Origin: a virus | Lineage: Duplodnaviria > Caudoviricetes | Strand: one strand, 5' to 3' | Length of the DNA stretch: 41,766 bases | IMG/VR virus record: IMGVR_UViG_3300024181_000001 | Coordinates: 1-41,766 of that record | Part shown: piece after piece, positions 19,148 to 28,342 of the stretch | Layout of the letters: each line of letters starts with the position of its first letter | How positions within the stretch are numbered: position 1 is the first letter of the stretch | Notes under the pieces: generated by a model | Told to the model about the DNA's origin: nothing | Database searches by the model: none | What the model saw: the letters and a program-made list of their open reading frames with translations, nothing else | Made by a program: the position numbers and the translations under genes

Positions 19148-20857
19148 ATGCCGAATTACGAAGGCGGCTACACCAGCGCGGTCAACGCCCAATCGCGGCG
19201 CGCGGTCGAGGACGCCCAGATCAAGGACATGATGGCGGCCATCGCCGCGCAGCAATGGCGCCAGCAGCAGTTCGAGCAGACGCAAGCGCAGGCCAAGATG
19301 CTCGACGCGGCCAAGGTCGACGCCGCCCGGCAGTTGCAAGCCCCGCCCGCGCCGCAACCGATGGCTCCCGGCCAGCCTTCGGTTCCCATGCAACCGCCGC
19401 CGGGTCCGCCTCAAGGCCAGCCGCCGGGCATGGGCGGCGGCACGCCGGCGCTGCTGCAAGCCTTGCTCCAAGGCGGAATGGCTCCCGGTGGCGGTGGCGG
19501 AGCGCCGCCGACCCCGCCCGGTGGAGGCGGTGCTGCAATGCCGCCGCCGGGGCCACCCACTGCCGGTCCCTCGCCTAGTGCCGCACCGCCCGTGCCGCAG
19601 GGCTTCACCCCCATCGCCGGCGGACAGTTCTCGCCGCCCATCGGCGGTCCGGCTCCCGCGGGACAGGGCAACGCCATCGGGGCGCCGCCGCCTCTGCCGG
19701 GCGAAGAAGGCCCGATCCTGCCGCCCAAGCTGCAGACGATGGAATCCGCACTCAAGATCGTCGACAAGATCAACGTGCCCGACAACGTGAAGGGGCAGTT
19801 GCTCGACCATCTTGCCGAGCAGATGGACAAGCAGAACAAGATCGCGCTGCAAAAGTACCGCGACGATGCGGCGGTGAAGGAAGCGGCGACCCGCGCCGCT
19901 GCCGAGAAGCGTCGGGAGTTGGAGGAGCAGCGCAAGATCGCAACGACTAAGGACGAGATCAAGGTCGGCAGCGAGATCGTGACGCGCCAATACAGCCCCA
20001 AGACCGGACAGATGGAAATGATCGCCCGCGCGCCGAATGCAGCGCTGTTGCGCGCGCAGGCGGTGGGCGCGGCCGGACAAGGCGGCTACAGCTCGCAGTA
20101 CGAAAAGCTCGATCCGAAGCAGCAGGCGACGGTCGACTGGTACGCTACCATGCAACTCGCCGGCGACAACACCTGGCGGGTCGGCCTCTCGCGCACCCGT
20201 GGCGGTTCGGAGCTCATCAAGGCGGTCGACGAGCGCGTTCCCGACCGGGCGCAGGAGCTTGGCCTCACCGCCGCCGACATCGGCACCAACAAGGCGATCC
20301 GGGTATCGACTCAGGCCGCGCTCACCCAGAATACCAAGGACTTGGCGATGCTGCAGCCCTACGTCGCCATGCTCGACCAGAACGCAGAGATCACCAAGAA
20401 GCTCGCGCAGAAGGCGATCGCCACCCATGCCGCGCTCGCCAACAAGCCTCTGAACTGGCTGCGGGTCAATGCCGCCGATAGCCCCGACGTAGCCGAGTAT
20501 CTGGCGCAGATCGAGATCGTCAAGAACGAAGCGACGCGGGTCATCAGCAACCCGCGGCTCGTCGGCCAGATGACCGACACCGCCCGGCAGGAGATCGAAA
20601 CCGTCATCAACGGTTCGATGCCGATGAACGCCACCGAGCGCGTGCTCGACCGGATCAAGAACGACGGCGAGCGCCGTATCGGCACCATGCAGGCGCAGCA
20701 GCAGCAGTTGCAGGCCACGCTCAAAGAGATGTTCCCCACCGGGTCCGGGACCAGCGGCGGGGCGGCGGGAATGCCCAAGCCGGGCGAAGTGCGCAAGGGC
20801 TATCGGTTCAAGGGCGGCGATCCGGCCAAGCAGGAGAGTTGGGAGAAGGTGTCTTGA
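19148..20857 (+). CDS. Internal virion/ejection protein 2
   Basis: Gln/Pro-rich, helical; C-terminal GEVRKGYRFKGGDPAKQESWEKV. Confidence 0.7.
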   Translation: MPNYEGGYTSAVNAQSRRAVEDAQIKDMMAAIAAQQWRQQQFEQTQAQAKMLDAAKVDAARQLQAPPAPQPMAPGQPSVPMQPPPGPPQGQPPGMGGGTPALLQALLQGGMAPGGGGGAPPTPPGGGGAAMPPPGPPTAGPSPSAAPPVPQGFTPIAGGQFSPPIGGPAPAGQGNAIGAPPPLPGEEGPILPPKLQTMESALKIVDKINVPDNVKGQLLDHLAEQMDKQNKIALQKYRDDAAVKEAATRAAAEKRRELEEQRKIATTKDEIKVGSEIVTRQYSPKTGQMEMIARAPNAALLRAQAVGAAGQGGYSSQYEKLDPKQQATVDWYATMQLAGDNTWRVGLSRTRGGSELIKAVDERVPDRAQELGLTAADIGTNKAIRVSTQAALTQNTKDLAMLQPYVAMLDQNAEITKKLAQKAIATHAALANKPLNWLRVNAADSPDVAEYLAQIEIVKNEATRVISNPRLVGQMTDTARQEIETVINGSMPMNATERVLDRIKNDGERRIGTMQAQQQQLQATLKEMFPTGSGTSGGAAGMPKPGEVRKGYRFKGGDPAKQESWEKVS

Positions 20858-22669
20858 ATGGCTGGGCCGTGGGAAGACTTCGCCCCGCAAGCCGCACCGG
20901 CTGAAGGTAAGCCGTGGGAGGACTTCGCGCCGCCCAAGGCAGCAGCACCCGCTCCCGCCGCGCCAAAGCCGCCCGCGGGCAAGGAGCCCGGCATCATGGA
21001 GAGCGTGGCCTCGGGCATCGCCGAGCCGATCATGGCGATGGGCAGTGGCATGTTCGCCAAGCCGGTGTCGGATGTCGCGGGCCTGACTCAATTGCTGATG
21101 CAGGGCGCGCGCCGCGCCGGGGTGCCGGGGATCGAAGAGCGCGACCCGCTCACGGTCAAGCAGGACGTGCAGCGGGCATTTACCTATGAACCGCGCACCG
21201 CTGCCGGCAAGGCGACGACCGAGTACAACCCGTTGGCGCTGATTAGCAAGGGTGTGGGCGCGGTCGGCAGCGGAGCGCGTGAATTGATCGCGCCGCCCAA
21301 GACCGCCGGCCCGGTGCGGAGCGCGGTTGGTGCGGGCGTCGAGGAAGCGATCAGCCAGATTCCCGGCTTGCTCGGGGCCAAGGCGGGCAAGAGTGTTGCC
21401 GAAGGACTCCCCGCCAAGCAGGCGGCGCTCGATGTAGAGAAGAGCCTTGCGGCGCCCAAGGATGCGATCCGCAATGCGGCGCAGCAGGCGGGCTACATCA
21501 CGCCCCCGGAAACGGGCGTCAAGGCGGCGCTCTCGGGGCTGGCCGGCAAGGCGCGGGCCGAGAAAGACCTGTCCGCGATCAACGCGCCGGTGGCGAGTCG
21601 GCGCTTCGCCCAGGAGGTCGGCATCGGCGAGGACGTGCCGCTCACCCACGAGAACGTGCAGAACAGGATCAGGGAAGCCTATGCCGGCTGGGACAACATG
21701 GTGCAAGCGGTCGGGCCGCGTCTGGAACTGACCAAGGACTACCAGCAGGCGTTGAGCGGTACGCTCGCCAAGATCAACGAGAAACTGGGTGAGAACCGCG
21801 AACTCAATGCCGACTTGATCCCGGCGCAGCGGCTCCTGATGAGCTACCTCAAGAAGTTCGAGGCTCCGAAGGCCCCGCCGCCCGGTACGGGCGCCCCGCC
21901 GATCTTCGGCACGCTGGAGAAGACCGCCGGCGAGCAACCGGGGCCGGCCATTGCCCGCACGCTCGAGCAGGCCGCCGCCGGCACGCCGGGCGAGCATGGC
22001 TTCGGAACGGTGCTGCCGGCACGGGCGACGCCGGTGCCGACCCCGCCGAACCTGACCATGCCGACCAAGCAGGCGGTGGCCGACATCAGCAAACTGCGCG
22101 AGCAGGCGTCGCAGCACTTCCGCGCCGGCGACAACGGCATCGCCTTTGCCAAGCAGGGCATCGCCGATCAGCTCGAGGGGCTGTTCGAGCAGAACCTCGC
22201 CAAGACGGGGCAGCAGGCGCTCGTGGACAAGTTCCGCGCCGACCGCGTGCTGCAGGCGAAGCTCCACTTCATCGACCGGGTGGTGGACGACGCCGGTCAG
22301 GTCAATCTCGCCAAGGTCGCGAGCCTTGCCGACACCAAGGCGTACAGCAAGGCGCTCACCGGCGAGTTGAAGCTCGCCGCCGACTTCGCCCGCACTTGGC
22401 GCAAGGCCGCGCAGCGTCCGACCGGAGAGGCTGCGCCCCGGTTCAGCGTGTTCGATGGCATGTTCGCGGTGGGTGCGCTCACTGCCGGCCATCCGTGGGC
22501 GGCCGCGGTCGAACTGGGCGGGCGCTACGGCATTCCCATCGCCGCCGAGCGCGGCCTGATGCAGAACCGCACGCCATCGTATCGCGCCGGCGGGCAGGCT
22601 CTGGTGCCGGGGCTGCCGCTCGCGGGATTCGCGTCGGACCCGCGCCAGTTGCAGAACGCCCCGCAATGA
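20858..22669 (+). CDS. Internal virion/ejection protein 3
   Basis: Repeated PWEDFAP at the N-terminus; Ala-rich helical. Confidence 0.7.
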   Translation: MAGPWEDFAPQAAPAEGKPWEDFAPPKAAAPAPAAPKPPAGKEPGIMESVASGIAEPIMAMGSGMFAKPVSDVAGLTQLLMQGARRAGVPGIEERDPLTVKQDVQRAFTYEPRTAAGKATTEYNPLALISKGVGAVGSGARELIAPPKTAGPVRSAVGAGVEEAISQIPGLLGAKAGKSVAEGLPAKQAALDVEKSLAAPKDAIRNAAQQAGYITPPETGVKAALSGLAGKARAEKDLSAINAPVASRRFAQEVGIGEDVPLTHENVQNRIREAYAGWDNMVQAVGPRLELTKDYQQALSGTLAKINEKLGENRELNADLIPAQRLLMSYLKKFEAPKAPPPGTGAPPIFGTLEKTAGEQPGPAIARTLEQAAAGTPGEHGFGTVLPARATPVPTPPNLTMPTKQAVADISKLREQASQHFRAGDNGIAFAKQGIADQLEGLFEQNLAKTGQQALVDKFRADRVLQAKLHFIDRVVDDAGQVNLAKVASLADTKAYSKALTGELKLAADFARTWRKAAQRPTGEAAPRFSVFDGMFAVGALTAGHPWAAAVELGGRYGIPIAAERGLMQNRTPSYRAGGQALVPGLPLAGFASDPRQLQNAPQ

Positions 22670-22797
22670 AGGTACTGCTCGCCCTCGCGGTGCTGGCGGT
22701 CGGCGGATTCTGGCTCTTCGGCGTTCACAGCCTGATCGTCGATACCGCGGCGGGGCTGCTCGCGGCCTACTTCATCTCCAAGCACGAGCGGGCATGA
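22666..22797 (+). CDS. Small membrane protein (43 aa)
   Basis: ATGA overlaps on both sides; two hydrophobic segments. Confidence 0.6.
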   Translation: MKVLLALAVLAVGGFWLFGVHSLIVDTAAGLLAAYFISKHERA

Positions 22798-24149
22798 GCA
22801 AGCGCCTGCTCATCGTGGACATCGGCTCCAACGCCCTCGACTTCGCCATGCGGGCGATGGATTGGGGCTGGGAAGTCATGTACTACGACCAGCCGCGGAA
22901 GAACGGCTCCCGCCGCATGGCCGGCAAGGGCATCGTGCCGAAGCTCATCGACTACAACCTCTTGCGCACCAAGTACATCGACTGGTCGGATTTGGTGTTT
23001 ACCCCGGACAACGCCCACTACACGGAGATGCTGGAGCCGTTCCGGCAGAAAGGCTATCCCATCTTCGCCCCCTCGCCCGCCGCGGCCGATCTGGAACTGA
23101 ACCGGCGCAAGGGCCAGGAGGCGATGAAGGCGGCCGGGATGAAGATCGTCCCCAGCGTCACCTTCGACGACTACGACGCGGCCGCGAAGTTCGTGGAGAA
23201 GCATCCGACCTACCTCGTCAGCAAGCCTTCGGGCGACGCCGACAAGGCGCTCTCCTACGTCGCCGACGATGCGGCGAGCCTCATTCACATGCTGCTCGAC
23301 CGCTGGAAGAAGAACGAGAAGTACCGGCGCGACGCGAAGCAGCACGGCTTCATCCTGCAAGAGAAGAAGAGCGGCTGCGAGATGGCGGTCGGCGGCTGGT
23401 TCGGCCCCGGCGGCTGGTCGCGGTGGAAGTACGAGAACGCAGAAAACAAGAAGTTGATGAACGGCGACCTCGGACCCAACACCGGCGAGATGGGCACGCT
23501 CTCCATGTACGTCCGGGAATCGAAGCTCTTCGATGTCGCCTTGAAGCCACTGACCAAGATCCTCAAGCAACTGGAGTATGTCGGCTATGTCGACAACAAC
23601 GGCATGGTCGACGAGGACGGGCAATTCTGGCCGTTCGAGCTCACCATGCGCCCGCCGTGGCCGGGCTTCTACAACCTGACCGCTACCCATGTCGGCGATC
23701 CGGCGCAGTGGATGGTCGATCTCCTGAACGGCGAGGACACGCTGCAGGTCAAGGAGAACGTCTGCTGCGTGAGTGTGGTCATCGCCATTCCCGACTTCCC
23801 TTACTCGCACCTCACCAACAAGGAAGTCTCCGGTATCCCGGTCTACAACTGTGGCGACCGCGAGCATGTTCACCTCACCGAGATCAAGCTGGGGGACAAC
23901 GTGCCGGTGCAGATCGGGGACACGGTGGTGAGGATGCCGCACTACGTCACCGCGGGCGATTACGTCTGTGTCGTTACCGGAACCGGCGACACCATTGCCG
24001 GGGCGCGGCGATCGGCCTACGCGGCAGTGAAGAAGATCAGGATGCCGGCGAGCCCGTTCTATCGCACCGACATCGGCGCTGGCCGGATGATCAAGGGTCT
24101 GCCGCTGCTGCAGAAGCACGGCTTCGCCACCAACTTTCGTTTCATGTGA
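22794..24149 (+). CDS. Divergent PurD/GARS-like ATP-grasp ligase
   Basis: ADLELNR..G, VSKPSG, KKLMNGDLGPNTGEMG, FELTMR, YRTDIG motifs; lacks the PurD N-terminal GGREH motif. Confidence 0.85.
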   Translation: MSKRLLIVDIGSNALDFAMRAMDWGWEVMYYDQPRKNGSRRMAGKGIVPKLIDYNLLRTKYIDWSDLVFTPDNAHYTEMLEPFRQKGYPIFAPSPAAADLELNRRKGQEAMKAAGMKIVPSVTFDDYDAAAKFVEKHPTYLVSKPSGDADKALSYVADDAASLIHMLLDRWKKNEKYRRDAKQHGFILQEKKSGCEMAVGGWFGPGGWSRWKYENAENKKLMNGDLGPNTGEMGTLSMYVRESKLFDVALKPLTKILKQLEYVGYVDNNGMVDEDGQFWPFELTMRPPWPGFYNLTATHVGDPAQWMVDLLNGEDTLQVKENVCCVSVVIAIPDFPYSHLTNKEVSGIPVYNCGDREHVHLTEIKLGDNVPVQIGDTVVRMPHYVTAGDYVCVVTGTGDTIAGARRSAYAAVKKIRMPASPFYRTDIGAGRMIKGLPLLQKHGFATNFRFM

Positions 24150-24155
24150 AACATC

Positions 24156-24878
24156 ATGGAGAACGACCATGCCGACAGGAAGCAAAGTGGACCGTTGCTA
24201 CCAAAGTTTACGTCGAAAAGGTTCAAGCAAGAGCAAATCGGCAAGAGTGTGCCAAGCGTCGACCGGCCAAGCGCTGGCGACGGGCAAGCCCCCAAAGAGC
24301 CGAAGAAAAGGCTCCGCCCGCGGCGCAGCTTCAGTCACGAAAAGGCGATCAAGATCCTGAGTCTGCAGGTGCGCAGCAAGATCCACGAGCAAGCGCTGCC
24401 GGAGAACATCCGCGAGGCGCTCGATGCCTCGGGCTGGGATCTCACACTCGCCTCGCGGGTGCTCAACATGTCCGTGGCGAAGCTCGACGACGCGCTGCGG
24501 CAGGTGAAGATCATTCCGCGGGCGTTGAAGGAGCTGAAGCGCCTGCCGCGGCTCTCCAAGGAATACGCCCGACTGTCGATGGAGCAGGTTGAGCAGGACA
24601 TCCTGCGGCGCAACGTCATGTACCGTTCGGACTCGCTCGACGCGATCCACGAGCTCGCCATGATGCCGCTCTCCGACCAGTCGGGGCTGATGCAGGTCAA
24701 GCTCGCCGCCGCCAGCCGGCTCTATCAGGAGACAGGTGACCACACCGTCGGCAGCGAGATCGACGTGACGCTGCGCGCCTTGAACGACGCCTACCACCAG
24801 AACGCCCCGCGCATCAAGAGCATCCGCGAGCGCACCATCGAGTTCGAGCCGGAGCCGAAACTCGTTTCGGATCAATGA
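24156..24878 (+). CDS. HTH-containing protein, possible displaced small terminase
   Basis: Fis-like HTH (EALDASGWDLTLASRVLNMS); helical VKLAAASRL segment. Confidence 0.5.
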   Translation: MENDHADRKQSGPLLPKFTSKRFKQEQIGKSVPSVDRPSAGDGQAPKEPKKRLRPRRSFSHEKAIKILSLQVRSKIHEQALPENIREALDASGWDLTLASRVLNMSVAKLDDALRQVKIIPRALKELKRLPRLSKEYARLSMEQVEQDILRRNVMYRSDSLDAIHELAMMPLSDQSGLMQVKLAAASRLYQETGDHTVGSEIDVTLRALNDAYHQNAPRIKSIRERTIEFEPEPKLVSDQ

Positions 24879-25195
24879 GCCGTGTGGAACCGCTCACCAT
24901 GACCACCATCGCCGCCGCCGTGGACGTGCAGCTCGTCATCCAAGCGTTGACCTGGGCCATCGGCATCGTCGGCGGGGCGCTGGTGGCGTGTCTGATCTGG
25001 TTCGCGATGCGAGTGATCCACCAGTTGGACCGGGTGGAAATGGCAGTGGCCGAGAACATGCACAAGCTCGACATCCGCCTCACCCGGCTGGAAGTGTGGC
25101 GCGAGGCGATGATCCAGGCCCACAACGAGCGGCAGATGTTGAAAGATGCGCAGATCGCGGCGGTGCGCAATCCCACCCTTGGCGAAGACGATTAA
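24875..25195 (+). CDS. Membrane protein (holin-like) with coiled coil
   Basis: One TM segment plus LDIRLTRLE; directly upstream of the endolysin-like gene. Confidence 0.55.
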   Translation: MSRVEPLTMTTIAAAVDVQLVIQALTWAIGIVGGALVACLIWFAMRVIHQLDRVEMAVAENMHKLDIRLTRLEVWREAMIQAHNERQMLKDAQIAAVRNPTLGEDD

Positions 25196-25594
25196 ATGAC
25201 CATGATCCCTCGCGGCATCCGCGACAACAATCCCGGAAACATCTGGCGCACCGACATCGACTGGCTGGGCGAGTTGCAGGGGGGCGACCCAAATTTCGAG
25301 ACCTTCGACACGCCAGAGCATGGTATCCGGGCGCTGGGCAAAGTGCTGCAAAGCTATCAGGTCCGTCACCTGATCCGCAGTGTGCGCGCCGCCATCGAGC
25401 GCTACGCCCCGGAGCCGTCCAACAACACCGCCGCCTATGTGCAGGACGTGTGCGCCCGCACCGGCTTTGCGCCAGATCAAAGAATCAACTTCTTCGACCC
25501 GGAGACACTGGAGAAAGTGGTCAAGGCGATCATCTGGCATGAGAACGGCGAGCAGCCCTACGCCGAGGCGGTGATCAAGCGGGCGTTGGCTTGA
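25196..25594 (+). CDS. Lysozyme-like putative endolysin (NNPGNI family)
   Basis: PRGIRDNNPGNI, F.TPEHGIRA, RYAP...NNTAAY, HENG motifs. Confidence 0.75.
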   Translation: MTMIPRGIRDNNPGNIWRTDIDWLGELQGGDPNFETFDTPEHGIRALGKVLQSYQVRHLIRSVRAAIERYAPEPSNNTAAYVQDVCARTGFAPDQRINFFDPETLEKVVKAIIWHENGEQPYAEAVIKRALA

Positions 25595-25624
25595 CTGCTA
25601 CCATGATAGGAGTATCGTTGGTAG

Positions 25625-25756
25625 ATGCCTACTGTCGTGCGTGCCGTGCATTGCCGCCGTTGTGATCATCACTGGTTGCCGCGGGTAAAGAATCCAGTCC
25701 GATGCCCAGCCTGCAAATCCCCGTTCTGGCGCAAGCCGCGAGTGCTGCGTAAATGA
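25625..25756 (+). CDS. Micro zinc-finger protein (43 aa)
   Basis: MPTVVRAVHCRRCDHHWLPRVKNPVRCPACKSPFWRKPRVLRK; AGGAG RBS; not in the ORF track. Confidence 0.75.
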   Translation: MPTVVRAVHCRRCDHHWLPRVKNPVRCPACKSPFWRKPRVLRK

Positions 25757-26211
25757 TGGAGACCGAAGATTTGTTGCGGGAACTGCTCTGCAAATTGCTG
25801 TGCCCGCCGAAACCCAAACAGAAGCCAGCGGTGATTTGGACGCTGACGCTCTGCGGTAGCAAACTCACCTTTCAAGGAGATTGGAAAATGGCTCTGCTTC
25901 CCGATGACAAGACTCTGCCCGCGAGCGTGACCTTTCTCGACGCCAAGGGCAAGAAAGCGCCGGTCGACGGCGTTCCGGTGTGGGCCTCGGACAACGAGGA
26001 TGTGGCTACAGTTGCTGCTGCGGCCGACGGCATGAGCGCGGTGGTGACGCCGGGGCCGCTGACCGGGCCGGAACCGTGGATGGCGAACATCACCGTCACC
26101 GCCGACGCCGACCTGGGTGCGGGCATGACCCCGATCATCGGCACCGGCAGCGTAACCGTGACCGGCGGGACGGCGACCGTCGTCAACATCGACTTCGGCA
26201 CGCCGCAGTAA
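25753..26211 (+). CDS. Ig-like domain protein (second in-frame start at 25888)
   Basis: PVWASDNEDVATV...ANITVTADAD Big_2-like; strong AAGGAG RBS before Met at 25888. Confidence 0.7.
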   Translation: MMETEDLLRELLCKLLCPPKPKQKPAVIWTLTLCGSKLTFQGDWKMALLPDDKTLPASVTFLDAKGKKAPVDGVPVWASDNEDVATVAAAADGMSAVVTPGPLTGPEPWMANITVTADADLGAGMTPIIGTGSVTVTGGTATVVNIDFGTPQ

Positions 26212-26597
26212 TGCGCCTCGTCTTCGCGCTGGCGCTCGCCGTCGCGCTCGGGACCGGCTGCGCCTCGATGTACGGCGGGATGAGCGCCGAGCAGATCAAC
26301 GCGGCGGCCAAGGACAAGTCGGCCACAGCGGTATGCTCCAAGATCATCGGGGCGGGATTCAGCGCCGAGACCTATGTGATCGCGCTCGACAACAAGGTGA
26401 TTCACAACGGTTCGGTGTCCGTGGGCGAGAAGTGCGCTCTCAATGTTACCGATGAGGCGACGGTCAAGGTGCCGGTGGTCGCCCCCGCTTCGGTCGCGCT
26501 GTCGCTGGACAGCAACGGTAATTGCGTCAGGACCGTGTTCGACGCCGGCGGGCACCCGACCGGATCGTCGACGGTCGATAGGGCACGCTGCCAGTGA
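26211..26597 (+). CDS. Lipoprotein (possible spanin-like)
   Basis: MRLVFALALAVALGTG-C lipobox-like signal; located in the lysis cluster. Confidence 0.7.
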   Translation: MRLVFALALAVALGTGCASMYGGMSAEQINAAAKDKSATAVCSKIIGAGFSAETYVIALDNKVIHNGSVSVGEKCALNVTDEATVKVPVVAPASVALSLDSNGNCVRTVFDAGGHPTGSSTVDRARCQ

Positions 26598-26806
26598 TTC
26601 AATCGTCACCCGCCCCAACGACGAAAACCCTCGCCGCGGGCATTGCCGGGGCGGTGACGATGATCGTAGTCTGGGCGGTGAAGACCTGGGGCAAGGTGGA
26701 CATTCCGCCGGAGATTGCCGTTGCCATCTCGACCGTGATCAGCTTCGGGGCGAGCTACTTCACCCCACCGCAGGAGAGCGACATTATCGTGCGGGGGCCG
26801 GAATGA
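26594..26806 (+). CDS. Putative holin (2 TM)
   Basis: KTLAAGIAGAVTMIVVW...IPPEIAVAISTVISFGASYFTP. Confidence 0.7.
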   Translation: MIQSSPAPTTKTLAAGIAGAVTMIVVWAVKTWGKVDIPPEIAVAISTVISFGASYFTPPQESDIIVRGPE

Positions 26807-26964
26807 CCCTGCCTGTGCTGACCCGCCTCGTCAACGCCGCGTTCCCGGCGCTCAACGCCGCCGGGGGCGAAGGACCGGGCAAGATCACCGCCGCGCAGGC
26901 GCAGGAATTGGCCGAGGCTATCGCTGCCGCCAAGGCATGGCTCGCGCAACAGGAGAAGGCATGA
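26803..26964 (+). CDS. Small helical hypothetical protein
   Basis: ATGA overlaps on both sides. Confidence 0.55.
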   Translation: MTLPVLTRLVNAAFPALNAAGGEGPGKITAAQAQELAEAIAAAKAWLAQQEKA

Positions 26965-27458
26965 CCGATACCAAAATTACCCTATCGCCCGGCGACTCGG
27001 TTCTGGTGACTGCGGTCAGCGGACCCGTCCCGCCAATCCCTCCCACGCCTCCGGTCGGCAGCGTGTTCATCGGCCATATCGACGCTGACGGTGCCCGCCA
27101 TGCGGCAACCGGCGTTACTCCGGCGACGACCTTCATCTACTGCACCTTCACCGTCCCGACCGGCGCCAACGGCAAGCAGATGCAGATCAGCACCTACAAC
27201 ACGACAGGGCCAGCGATCTGGAGGAAGGTCAACCTCGCGCGACAGCCGGGCGATTTCACGGCGCTGCCAAACGGCTCCGATCAGGGTGGCACGCCCAGCC
27301 TGCACATGGCAATCGGGACGCCACAGGTGGGCTGCGTGACGGTGCAAGCGGGCGAGGTCTGGGTACTCAACATCCGCGACCAGAGCTTCAACGGAGCCAT
27401 TTCGTGCAGTCTCGGTCAGGACTGCAACCCAACCGTGGCACTGTTCCCGCCGTCATGA
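26961..27458 (+). CDS. Beta-sandwich protein with N-terminal tag and Pro linker
   Basis: AGGAG RBS; MTDTKITLSPGDSVLV then PVPPIPPTPP. Confidence 0.7.
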   Translation: MTDTKITLSPGDSVLVTAVSGPVPPIPPTPPVGSVFIGHIDADGARHAATGVTPATTFIYCTFTVPTGANGKQMQISTYNTTGPAIWRKVNLARQPGDFTALPNGSDQGGTPSLHMAIGTPQVGCVTVQAGEVWVLNIRDQSFNGAISCSLGQDCNPTVALFPPS

Positions 27459-28342
27459 CCACGACCGAAATCACCGTCAATCCTGGAGATACCGTCATTG
27501 TCCACGGTGCGGCCGCGCAGCCGCAGCCCCCGCAGCCACCGACCACGCGCGAGCTCTACGCGGGCTACTTCCTGACCGACATGGCGCAGCCGTCACAGAC
27601 GGTCGACCACTGCAACCTGCAGATGACCAACGGCGGCGGGGATTGGAATACCGCGGCCGGGCGCAAGGCGATCATCGACTCCACGCTGCAGCAGGTCGCC
27701 GAAGCGCGTCGGGTCGGGTTCAAGCACGTTATCCTCGATTCGGCCTTCTGCGGCTTCTCGACCTCCGGGGCGCGCAAGTTCTACCGCGGCCACGTCGAGG
27801 CCCAGACCAACCTCGAGCAATTCTACCTTGCGCTGGAGCAGGCGAACATGCTGGACCTCGTCACGGCGCTGTACGCGATTGATGAACCGGAAAGAAACTC
27901 CATGGTGCCGACCGAGGACGTGACCAACTGGACGCAGGATCTGAACAACGCTTGGCGCAACATGTTCCCGGGACGCGCGATACCGAAGGTTGCGATTGCG
28001 TGGGGCGACGGGCAGGACTACCGCGGGGTCGATAGCCCCTGGCTCGACTGGGGCGGCATCGACGCCTACCACCTGGGGGCGGGCGTGCTGTCGAGCCTGT
28101 ATCCGGGGCTGATCTCGCAGATGCGCTCGGACCAGCGTTTAATCGTTCTTCCAGGCGGGGCCGACCCACCGGACTCCAACCGGCAAGACCCGGCGCCGTT
28201 CGTGGCCTACACGCAGAACAACCCGAAGGTGATCTGGTTCTGCCCGTTCCTGTGGGTGCCCTACGGGGGCCATGCCGGGATCAGGGACAACGGCCTTGCC
28301 CCGGCCTACCGCAGCGCCGGGAAGACGCTGCTAGGGCTCTGA
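27455..28342 (+). CDS. Glycoside hydrolase-like TIM-barrel protein with N-terminal tag
   Basis: LYAIDEPE acid/base-like motif, DWGGIDAY, PFLW; MTTTEITVNPGDTVIV plus Pro linker. Confidence 0.65.
   Translation: MTTTEITVNPGDTVIVHGAAAQPQPPQPPTTRELYAGYFLTDMAQPSQTVDHCNLQMTNGGGDWNTAAGRKAIIDSTLQQVAEARRVGFKHVILDSAFCGFSTSGARKFYRGHVEAQTNLEQFYLALEQANMLDLVTALYAIDEPERNSMVPTEDVTNWTQDLNNAWRNMFPGRAIPKVAIAWGDGQDYRGVDSPWLDWGGIDAYHLGAGVLSSLYPGLISQMRSDQRLIVLPGGADPPDSNRQDPAPFVAYTQNNPKVIWFCPFLWVPYGGHAGIRDNGLAPAYRSAGKTLLGL

Noticed and set aside
19091-22666. 1191-aa minus-strand ORF and other long antisense ORFs (e.g. 22767-24185, 11975-13207)
   Set aside because: Shadows of high-GC + strand genes; no motifs or RBS, and they oppose a tightly coupled operon
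22794-24149. Calling the gene purD, a purine auxiliary metabolic gene
   Set aside because: The PurD N-terminal GGREH motif is missing, no other pur genes are present, and the context is morphogenesis; gene symbol withheld
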